Shown here in pieces: positions 1 through 11,520 of a DNA stretch of 64,000 nucleotides. The notes under the pieces were generated by a model. That model had not been told where the DNA came from and ran no database searches. It saw only the letters and a list, made by a program, of their open reading frames with translations. Location of the stretch: NCBI GenBank assembly GCA_964016885.1, contig OZ024764.1, positions 18,600,001 through 18,664,000 on the forward strand. The letters are read 5' to 3'. The DNA comes from Eledone cirrhosa. Taxonomy: Eukaryota. How positions within the stretch are numbered: position 1 is the first letter of the stretch; each line of letters opens with the position of its first letter. Made by a program: the position numbers and the translations under genes.

Positions 1-189
1 GTCACAACAAAAAGTACCCAGTCCACACTGTAAAGTGGTCATGTAGGTGTCACAACAAAAAGTACCCAGTCCACACTGTAAAGTGGACATGTAGGTGTCA
101 TGACAAAAAGTACCCAGTCCACATTGTAAAGTGGTCATGTAGGTGTCACAACAAAATATACCCAGTCTACACTGTAAAGTGGTCATGTA

Positions 190-3100
190 GGTGTCACAAC
201 AAAAAGTACCCAGTCCACACTGTAAAGTGGTCATGTAGGTGTCACAACAAAAAGTACCCAGTCCACCCTGTAAAGTGGTCATATAGGTGTCACAACAAAA
301 AGTACCCAGTCCACCCTGTAAAGTGGTCATGTATGTGTCACAACAAAAAGTACCCAGTCCACACTGTAAAGTGGTCATGTATGTGTCACAACAAAAAGTA
401 CCCAGTCCACACTTTAAAGTGGTCATGTAGGTGTCACAACAAAAAGTACCCAGTCCACACTGTAATGTGGTCATGCAGGTTTCACACCAAAAAGTACCCA
501 GTCCACACTGTAATGTGGTCATATAGGTGTCACAACAAAAAGTACCCAGTCCACACTGTAAAGTGGTCATGTAGGTGTCACAACAAAAAGTAACCAGTCC
601 ACACTGTAAAGTGGTCATGTAGGTGTCACAACAAAAAGTACACAGTCCACACTGTAAAGTGGTCATGTAGGTGTCACAACAAAAAGTACCCAGTCCACAC
701 TGTAAAGTGGTCATGTAGGTGTCACGACAAAAAGTACCCAGTCCACACTGTAAAGTGGTCATGTAGATGTCACAACAAACAGCACCCAGTCCACACTGTA
801 AAGTGGTCATGTAGGTGTCACAACAAAAAGTACCTAGTCCACACTGTAAAGTGGTCATGTAGGTGTCACAACAAAAAGTACCCAGTCCACACTAATGTGG
901 TCATGTAGGTTTCACAAGAAAAAGTACTCAGTCCACACTGTAAAGTGGTCATGTAAGTGTCATAACGAAAAGTACCCAGTCCACACTGTAAAGTGGTTAT
1001 GTAGGTGTCATAACCAAAATTACCCAGTCCACACTGTAAAGTGGTCATGTAGGTGTCTCAACAAAATGTACCCAGTCCACACTGTCAAGTGGTCATGTAG
1101 GTGTCACAACAAAAAGTACCTAGTCCACACTGTAAAGTGGTCATGTAGCTGTCACAACAAAAAGTACCCAGTCCACACTGTAATGTGGTCATGCAGGTTT
1201 CACAACAAAAAGTACCCAGTCCACACTGTAATGTGGTCATATAGGTGTCACAACAAAAAGTACCCAGTCCACACTGTAAAGTGGTCATGTAGGTGTCACA
1301 ACAAAAAGTACCCAGTCCACACTGTAAAGTGGACATGTAGGTGTCATGACAAAAAGTACCCAGTCCACATTGTGAAGTGGTCATGTAGGTGTCACAACAA
1401 AAAGTACCCAGTCCACACTGTAAAGTGGTCATGTAGGTGTCACAACAAAAAGTACCCAGTCCACCCTGTAAAGTGGTCATGTAGGTGTCACGACAAAAAG
1501 TATCTAGTCCACACTGTAAAGTGGTCGTGTAGGTGTCACAACAAAAAGTACCCAGTCCACACTGTAAAGTGGTCATGTAGGTGTCACAACAAAAAGTACC
1601 CAGTCCACACTGTAAAGTGGTCATGTAGGTGTTACAACAAACAGAACCTAGTCCACACTGTAAAGTGGTCATGTAGGTGTCACGACAAAAAGTACCCAGT
1701 CCACACTGTAAAGTGGTCATGTAGGTGTCACGACAAAAAGTACCCAGTCCACACTGTAAAGTGGTCATGTAGGTGTCACAACAAACAGCACCCAGTCCAC
1801 ACTGTAAAGTGGTCATGTAGGTGTCACAACAAAAAGTACCTAGTCCACACTGTAAAGTGGTCATGTAGGTGTCACAACAAAAAGTACCCAGTCCACACTG
1901 TAATGTGGTCATGTAGGTGTCACAAGAAAAAGTACTCAGTCCACACTGTAAAGTGGTCATGTAGGTGTCATAACAAAAAGTACCCAGTCCACACTGTAAA
2001 GTGGTTATGTAGGTGTCATAACCAAAAGTACCCAGTCCACACTGTAAAGTGGTCATGTAGGTGTCACAACAAAAAGTACCCAGTCCACACTGTCAAGTGG
2101 TCATGTAGGTGTCACAACAAAAAGTACCTAGTCCACACTGTAAAGTGGTCATGTAGCTGTCACAACAAAAAGTACCCAGTCCACACTGTAATGTGGTCAT
2201 GCAGGTTTCACAACAAAAAGTACCCAGTCCACACTGTAATGTGGTCATACAGGTTTCACAACAAAAAGTACCCAGTCCACACTGTAAAGTGGTCATTTAG
2301 GTGTCACAACAAAAAGTACCCAGTCCACACTGTAAAGTGGACATGTAGGTGTCATGACAAAAAGTACCCAGTCCACATTGTAAAGTGGTCATGTAGGTGT
2401 CACAACAAAAAGTACCCAGTCCACACTTTAAAGTGGTCATGTAGGTGTCACAACAAAAAGTACCCAGTCCACACTGTAAATTAGTCATGTAGGTGTCACA
2501 ACAAAAAGTACCCAGTCCACACTGTAAAGTGGTCATGTAGGTGTCACAACAAAATATACCCAGTCCACACTGTAAAGTGGTCATGTAGGTGTCACAACAG
2601 AAAGTACCCAGTCCACACTGTAAAGTGGTCATGTAGGTATTACAACAAAAAGTACCCAGTCCACCCTGTAAAGTGGTCATATAGGTGTCACAACAAAAAG
2701 TACCCAGTCCACCCTGTAAAGTGGTCATGTATGTGTCACAACAAAAAGTACCCAGTCCACACTGTAAAGTGGTCATGTATGTGTCACAACAAAAAGTACC
2801 CAGTCCACACTTTAAAGTGGTCATGTAGGTGTCACAACAAAAAGTACCCAGTCCACACTGTAATGTGATCATGCAGGTTTCACACCAAAAAGTACCCCGT
2901 CCACACTGTAATGTGGTCATGTGGGTGTCACAACAAAAAGTACCCAGTCCACACTGTAAAGTGGTCATGTAGGTGTCACAACAAAAAGTACCCAGTCCAC
3001 ACTGTAAAGTGGTCATGTAGGTGTCACGACAAAAAGTACCCAGTCCACACTGTGAAGTGGTCATGTAGGTGTCACAACAAACAGCACCCAGTCCACACTG

Positions 3101-6100
3101 TAAAGTGGTCATGTAGGTGTCACAACAAAAAGTACCTAGTCCACACTGTAAAGTGGTCATGTAGGTGTCACAACAAAAAGTACCCAGTCCACACTGTAAT
3201 GTGGTCATGTAGGTGTCACAAGAAAAAGTACTCAGTCCACACTGTAAAGTGGTCATGTAGGTGTCATAACAAAAAGTGCCCAGTCCACACTGTAAAGTGG
3301 TTATGTAGGTGTCATAACCAAAAGTACCCAGTCTACACTGTAAAGTGGTCATGTAGGTGTCTCAACAAAAAGTACCCAGTCCACACTGTCAAGTGGTCAT
3401 GTAGGTGTCACAACAAAAAGTACCTAGTCCACACTGTAAAGTGGTCATGTAGCTGTCACAACAAAAAGTACCCAGTCCACACTGTAATGTGGTCATGCAG
3501 GTTTCACAACAAAAAGTACCCAGTCCACACTGTAATGTGGTCATATAGGTGTCACAACAAAAAGTACCCAGTCCACACTGTAAAGTGGTCATGTAGGTGT
3601 CACAACAAAAAGTACCCAGTCCACACTGTAAAGTGGACATGTAGGTGTCATGACAAAAAGTACCCAGTCCACATTGTAAAGTGGTCATTTAGGTGTAACA
3701 ACAAAAAGTACCCAGTCCACACTGTAAAGTGGTCATGTAGGTGTCACAACAAAAAGTACCCAGTCCACACTGTAAAGTAGTCATGTAGGTGTCACAACAA
3801 AAAGTACCCAGTCCACACTGTAAAGTGGTCATGTAGGTGTCACAACAAAATATACCCAGTCCACACTGTAAAGTGGTCATGTAGGTGTCACAACAAAAAG
3901 TACCCAGTCCACACTGTAAAGTGGTCATGTAGGTGTCACAACAAAAAGTACCCAGTCCACCCTGTAAAGTGGTCATATAGGTGTCACAACAAAAAGTACC
4001 CAGTCCACCCTGTAAAGTGGTCATGTATGTGTCACAACAAAAAGTACCCAGTCCACACTGTAAAGTGGTCATGTATGTGTCACAACAAAAAGTACCCAGT
4101 CCACACTTTAAAGTGGTCATGTAGGTGTCACAACAAAAAGTACCCAGTCCACACTGTAATGTGGTCATGCAGGTTTCACACCAAAAAGTACCCAGTCCAC
4201 ACTGTAATGTGGTCATATAGGTGTCACAACAAAAAGTACCCAGTCCACACTGTAAAGTGGTCATGTAGGTGTCACAACAAAAAGTAACCAGTCCACACTG
4301 TAAAGTGGTCATGTAGGTGTCACAACAAAAAGTACACAGTCCACACTGTAAAGTGGTCATGTAGGTGTCACAACAAAAAGTACCCAGTCCACACTGTAAA
4401 GTGGTCATGTAGGTGTCACGACAAAAAGTACCCAGTCCACACTGTAAAGTGGTCATGTAGATGTCACAACAAACAGCACCCAGTCCACACTGTAAAGTGG
4501 TCATGTAGGTGTCACAACAAAAAGTACCTAGTCCACACTGTAAAGTGGTCATGTAGGTGTCACAACAAAAAGTACCCAGTCCACACTAATGTGGTCATGT
4601 AGGTTTCACAAGAAAAAGTACTCAGTCCACACTGTAAAGTGGTCATGTAAGTGTCATAACGAAAAGTACCCAGTCCACACTGTAAAGTGGTTATGTAGGT
4701 GTCATAACCAAAATTACCCAGTCCACACTGTAAAGTGGTCATGTAGGTGTCTCAACAAAATGTACCCAGTCCACACTGTCAAGTGGTCATGTAGGTGTCA
4801 CAACAAAAAGTACCTAGTCCACACTGTAAAGTGGTCATGTAGCTGTCACAACAAAAAGTACCCAGTCCACACTGTAATGTGGTCATGCAGGTTTCACAAC
4901 AAAAAGTACCCAGTCCACACTGTAATGTGGTCATATAGGTGTCACAACAAAAAGTACCCAGTCCACACTGTAAAGTGGTCATGTAGGTGTCACAACAAAA
5001 AGTACCCAGTCCACACTGTAAAGTGGACATGTAGGTGTCATGACAAAAAGTACCCAGTCCACATTGTAAAGTGGTCATGTAGGTGTCACAACAAAAAGTA
5101 CCCAGTCCACACTGTAAAGTGGTCATGTAGGTGTCACAACAAAAAGTACCCAGTCCACCCTGTAAAGTGGTCATGTAGGTGTCACGACAAAAAGTATCTA
5201 GTCCACACTGTAAAGTGGTCGTGTAGGTGTCACAACAAAAAGTACCCAGTCCACACTGTAAAGTGGTCATGTAGGTGTCACAACAAAAAGTACCCAGTCC
5301 ACACTGTAAAGTGGTCATGTAGGTGTTACAACAAACAGAACCTAGTCCACACTGTAAAGTGGTCATGTAGGTGTCACGACAAAAACTACCCAGTCCACAC
5401 TGTAAAGTGGTCATGTAGGTGTCACGACAAAAAGTACCCAGTCCACACTGTAAAGTGGTCATGTAGGTGTCACAACAAACAGCACCCAGTCCACACTGTA
5501 AAGTGGTCATGTAGGTGTCACAACAAAAAGTACCTAGTCCACACTGTAAAGTGGTCATGTAGGTGTCACAACAAAAAGTACCCAGTCCACACTGTAATGT
5601 GGTCATGTAGGTGTCACAAGAAAAAGTACTCAGTCCACACTGTAAAGTGGTCATGTAGGTGTCATAACAAAAAGTACCCAGTCCACACTGTAAAGTGGTT
5701 ATGTAGGTGTCATAACCAAAAGTACCCAGTCCACACTGTAAAGTGGTCATGTAGGTGTCACAACAAAAAGTACCCAGTCCACACTGTCAAGTGGTCATGT
5801 AGGTGTCACAACAAAAAGTACCTAGTCCACACTGTAAAGTGGTCATGTAGCTGTCACAACAAAAAGTACCCAGTCCACACTGTAATGTGGTCATGCAGGT
5901 TTCACAACAAAAAGTACCCAGTCCACACTGTAATGTGGTCATATAGGTTTCACAACAAAAAGTACCCAGTCCACACTGTAAAGTGGTCATTTAGGTGTCA
6001 CAACAAAAAGTACCCAGTCCACACTGTAAAGTGGACATGTAGGTGTCATGACAAAAAGTACCCAGTCCACATTGTAAAGTGGTCATGTAGGTGTCACAAC

Positions 6101-6620
6101 AAAAAGTACCCAGTCCACACTTTAAAGTGGTCATGTAGGTGTCACAACAAAAAGTACCCAGTCCACACTGTAAATTAGTCATGTAGGTGTCACAACAAAA
6201 AGTACCCAGTCCACACTGTAAAGTGGTCATGTAGGTGTCACAACAAAATATACCCAGTCCACACTGTAAAGTGGTCATGTAGGTGTCACAACAAAAAGTA
6301 CCCAGTCCACACTGTAAAGTGGTCATGTAGGTGTTACAACAAAAAGTACCCAGTCCACCCTGTAAAGTGGTCATATAGGTGTCACAACAAAAAGTACCCA
6401 GTCCACCCTGTAAAGTGGTCATGTATGTGTCACAACAAAAAGTACCCAGTCCACACTGTAAAGTGGTCATGTATGTGTCACAACAAAAAGTACCCAGTCC
6501 ACACTTTAAAGTGGTCATGTAGGTGTCACAACAAAAAGTACCCAGTCCACACTGTAATGTGATCATGCAGGTTTCACACCAAAAAGTACCCCGTCCACAC
6601 TGTAATGTGGTCATGTAGGT
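190..6620. repeat. Higher-order duplication, offset 3694 bp (77 monomers - 2 nt)
   Basis: ORF pairs 333..593/4027..4287, 895..2484/4589..6178 and 1085..2056/4779..5750 share the 3694 offset. The private 2-nt deletion ACACTAATGTGG occurs near 888 and 4582, and AAATTAGTC near 2478 and 6172. Confidence 0.92.
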
Positions 6621-9600
6621 GTCACAACAAAAAGTACCCAGTCCACACTGTAAAGTGGACATGTAGGTGTCACAACAAAAAGTACCCAGTCCACACTGTA
6701 AAGTGGTCATGTAGGTGTTACAACAAACAGAACCTAGTCCACACTGTAAAGTGGTCATGTAGGTGTCACGACAAAAAGTACCCAGTCCACACTGTAAAGT
6801 GGTCATGTAGGTGTCACGACAAAAAGTACCCAGTCCACACTGTAAGGTGGTCATGTAGGTGTCACAACAAACAGCACCCAGTCCACACTGTAAAGTGGTC
6901 ATGTAGGTGTCACAACAAAAAGTACCTAGTCCACACTGTAAAGTGGTCAAGTAGGTGTCACAACAAAAAGTACCCAGTCCACACTGTAATGTGGTCATGT
7001 AGGTGTCACAAGAAAAAGTACTCAGTCCACACTGTAAAGTGGTCATGTAGGTGTCATAACAAAAAGTACCCAGTCCACACTGTAAAGTGGTTATGTAGGT
7101 GTCATAACCAAAAGTACCCAGTCCACACTGTAAAGTGGTCATGTAGGTGTCACAACAAAAAGTACCCAGTCCACACTGTCAAGTGGTCATGTAGGTGTCA
7201 CAACAAAAAGTACCTAGTCCACACTGTAAAGTGGTCATGTAGCTGTCACAACAAAAAGTACCCAGTCCACACTGTAATGTGGTCATGCAGGTTTCACAAC
7301 AAAAAGTACCCAGTCCACACTGTAATGTGGTCATATAGGTGTCACAACAAAAAGTACCCAGTCCACACTGTAAAGTGGTCATGTAGGTGTCACAACAAAA
7401 AGTACCCAGTCCACACTGTAAAGTGGACATGTAGGTGTCATGACAAAAATTACCCAGTCCACATTGTAAAGTGGTCATGTAGGTGTCACAACAAAAAGTA
7501 CCCAGTCCACACTTTAAAGTGGTCATGTAGGTGTCACAACAAAAAGTACCCAGTCCACACTGTAAAGTAGTCATGTAGGTGTCACAACAAAAAGTACCCA
7601 GTCCACACTGTAAAGTGGTCATGTAGGTGTCACAACAAAATATACCCAGTCCACACTGTAAAGTGGTCATGTAGGTGTCACAACAAAAAGTACCCAGTCC
7701 ACACTGTAAAGTGGTCATGTAGGTGTTACAACAAAAAGTACCCAGTCCACCCTGTAAAGTGGTCATATAGGTGTCACAACAAAAAGTACCCAGTCCACCC
7801 TGTAAAGTGGTCATGTATGTGTCACAACAAAAAGTACCCAGTCCACACTGTAAAGTGGTCATGTATGTGTCACAATAAAAAGTACCCAGTCCACACTTTA
7901 AAGTGGTCATGTAGGTGTCACAACAAAAAGTACCCAGTCCACACTGTAATGTGGTCATGCAGGTTTCACACCAAAAAGTACCCAGTCCACACTGTAATGT
8001 GGTCATGTAGGTGTCACAACAAAAAGTACCCAGTCCACACTGTAAAGTGGTCATGTAGGTGTCACAACAAAAAGTACCCAGTCCACACTGTAATGTGGTC
8101 ATATAGGTGTCACAACAAAAAGTACCCAGTCCACACTGTAAAGTGGTCATGTAGGTGTCACAACAAAAAGTACCCAGTCCACACTGTAAAGTGGACATGT
8201 AGGTGTCATGACAAAAAGTACCCAGTCCACACTGTAAAGTAGTCATGTAGGTGTCACAACAAAAAGTACCCAGTCCACACTGTAAAGTGGTCATGTAGGT
8301 GTCATAACAAAAAGTACCCAGTCCACACTGTAAAGTGGTCAGGTAGGTGTCACAACAAAAAGTACCCAGTCCACACTGTAAAGTGGTCATGTAGGTGTCA
8401 CAACAAAAAGTACCCAGTCCACACTGTAAAGTGGTCAGGTAGGTATCATGACAAAAAGTACCCAGTCCACACTGTAAAGTGGTCATGTAGGTATCATGAC
8501 AAAAAGTACCCAGTCCACACTGTAAAGTGGTCATGTAGGTGTCACAACAAACAACACCCAGTACACACTGTAAAGTGGTCATGTAGGTGTCACGACAAAA
8601 AGTACCCAGTCCACACTGTAAAGTGGTCATGTAGGTATCATGACAAAAAGTACCCAGTCCACCCTGTAAATTGGTCATGTAGGTGTCACAACAAAAAGTA
8701 CCCAGTCCACACTGTAAAGTGGTCATGTAGCTGTCACAACAAAAAGTACCCAGTCCACACCGTAATGTGGTCATACAGGTTTCACAACAAAAAGTACCCA
8801 GTCCACACTGTAATGTGGTCATATAGGTGTCACAACAAAAAGTACCCAGTCCACACTGTAAAGTGGTCATGTAGGTGTCACAACAAAAAGTACCCAGTCC
8901 ACACTGTAAAGTGGACATGTAGGTGTCATGACAAAAAGGACCCAGTCCACACTGTAAAGTGGTCATGTAGGTGTGTACAACAAAAAGTACCCAGTCCACA
9001 CTGTAAAGTGGTCATGTAGGTGTCACAACAAAAAGTACCCAGTCCACACTGTAAAGTGGTCATGTATGTGTCACAACAAAAAGTACCCAGTCCACACTGT
9101 AAAGTGGTCATGTCGGTGTCACAACAAAAAGTACCCAGTCCACACTGTAAAGTGGTCAGGTAGGTATCATGACAAAAAGTCCCCAGTCCACACTGTAAAG
9201 TGGTCATGTAGGTATCATGACAAAAAGTACCCAGTCCACACTGTAAATTGGTCATGTAGGTGTCACAACAAAAAGTACCCAGTCCACCCTGTAAAGTGGT
9301 CATATAGGTGTCACAACAAAAAGTACCCAATCCACCCTGTAAAGTGGTCATGTATGTGTCACAACAAAAAGTACCCAGTCCACACTGTAAAGTGGTCATG
9401 TAGGTGTCACAACAAAAAGTACCCAGTCCACACTGTAATGTGGTCATGTAGGTGTCACAACAAAATGTACTCAGTCCACACTGTAAAGTGGTCATGTAGG
9501 TGTCATAACAAAAAGTACCCAGTCCACACTGTAAAGTGGTTATGTAGGTGTCATAACCAAAAGTACCCAGTCCACACTGTAAAGTGGTCATGTAGGTGTC

Positions 9601-10639
9601 ACAACAAAAAGTACCCAGTCCACACTGTCAAGTGGTCATGTAGGTGTCACAACAAAAAGTACCTAGTCCACACTGTAAAGTGGTCATGTAGCTGTCACAA
9701 CAAAAAGTACCCAGTCCACACTGTAATGTGGTCATGCAGGTTTCACAACAAAAAGTACCCAGTCCACACTGTAATGTGGTCATATAGGTGTCACAACAAA
9801 AAGTACCCAGTCCACACTGTAAAGTGGTCATGTAGGTGTCACAACAAAAAGTACCCAGTCCACACTGTAAAGTGGACATGTAGGTGTCATGACAAAAAGT
9901 ACCCAGTCCACACTGTAAAGTGGTCATGTAGGTGTCACAACAAAAAGTACCCAGTCCACACTGTAAAGGGGTCATGTAGGTGTCACAACAAAAAGTACCC
10001 AGTCCACACTGTAAAGTAGTCATGTAGGTGTCACAACAAAAAGTACCCAGTCCACACTGTAAAGTGGTCATGTAGGTGTCACAACAAAATATACCCAGTC
10101 CACACTGTAAAGTGGTCATGTAGGTGTCACAACAAAAAGTACCCAGTCCACACTGTAAGGTGGTCATGTAGGTGTCACAACAAAAAGTACCCAGTCCACA
10201 CTGTAAAGTGGTCACGTAGGTGTCACAACAAAATTACCCAGTCCACACTGTAAAGTGGTCATGTAGCTGTCATAACAAAAAGTACCGAGTCCACACTGTA
10301 AAGTGGTCAGGTAGGTGTCACAACAAAAAGTACCCAGTCCACACTGTAAAGTGGTCATGTAGGTGTCACAACAAAAAGTACCCAGTCCACACTGTAAAGT
10401 GGTCAGGTAGGTATCATGACAAAAAGTACCCAGTCCACACTGTAAAGTGGTCATGTAGGTGTCACAACAAACAACACCCAGTCCACACTGTAAAGTGGTC
10501 ATGTAGGTGTCACGACAAAAAGTACCCAGTCCACCTCTGTAAAGTGGTCATGTAGGTTTCACAACAAAAAGTACCCAGTCCACACTGTAATGTGGTCATG
10601 TAGGTGTCACAACAAACAGCACCCAGTCCACACTGTAAA

Positions 10640-11520
10640 GTGGTCATGTAGGTATCATGACAAAAAGTACCCAGTCCACCCTGTAAAGTGGTCATTTAGG
10701 TGTCACGACAAAAAGTACCCAGTCCACACTGTAAAGTGGTCATGTAGGTGTCACAACAAAAAGTACCAGTCTACCCTGTAAAGTGGTCATGTAGGTGTCA
10801 CGACAAAAAGTATCCAGTCCACACTGTAAAGTGGTCGTGTAGGTGTCACAACAAAAAGTACCCAGTCCACACTGTAAAGTGGTCATGTAGGTGTCACAAC
10901 AAAAAGTACCCAGTCCACACTGTAAAGTGGTCATGTAGGTGTCACAACAAAAAGTACCCAGTCCACACTGTAAAGTGGTCATGTATGTGTCACAACAAAA
11001 AGTACCCAGTCCACACTGTAAAGTGGTCATGTCGGTGTCACAACAAAAAGTACCCAGTCCACACTGTAAAGTGGTCAGGTAGGTATCATGACAAAAAGTA
11101 CCCAGTCCACCCTGTAAAGTGGTCATTTAGGTGTCACGACAAAAAGTACCCAGTCCACACTGTAAAGTGGTCATGTAAGTGTCACAACAAAAAGTACCCA
11201 GTCTACCCTGTAAAGTGGTCATGTAGGTGTCACGACAAAAAGTATCCAGTCCACACTGTAAAGTGGTCGTGTAGGTGTCACAACAAAAAGTACCCAGTCC
11301 ACACTGTAAAGTGGTCATGTAGGTGTCACAACAAAAAGTACCCAGTCCACACTGTAAAGTGGTCATGTAGGTGTCACAACAAAAAGTACCCAGTCCACAC
11401 TGTAAAGTGGTCATGTATGTGTCACAACAAAAAGTACCCAGTCCACACTGTAAAGTGGTCATGTCGGTGTCACAACAAAAAGTACCCAGTCCACACTGTA
11501 AAGTGGTCAGGTAGGTATCA
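10640..11520. repeat. Local tandem duplication of 9 monomers (432 bp)
   Basis: TATCCAG at 10811/11243 and ATGTCGGTGT at 11029/11461 recur exactly 432 bp apart; GGTCATTTAG and GTCTACCCTG also recur in both copies. Confidence 0.85.

Noticed and set aside
9-13. T5 run on the minus strand as a Pol III or intrinsic terminator
   Set aside because: No A/B box promoter or strong GC-rich hairpin precedes it; a five-base run alone is not evidence.
1-96. Satellite-encoded hammerhead ribozyme, as in newt, cricket or schistosome satellites
   Set aside because: The CTGANGA and GAAA core motifs are absent from the consensus on both strands; only a 4-bp stem with a GTAA loop is present.
1-96. CENP-B box, alpha satellite or human 48-bp CER satellite
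   Set aside because: The consensus has no CpG, so the TTCG...CGGG core cannot form; the monomer is not 171 bp; I see no resemblance to CER beyond length (from memory, no search run).
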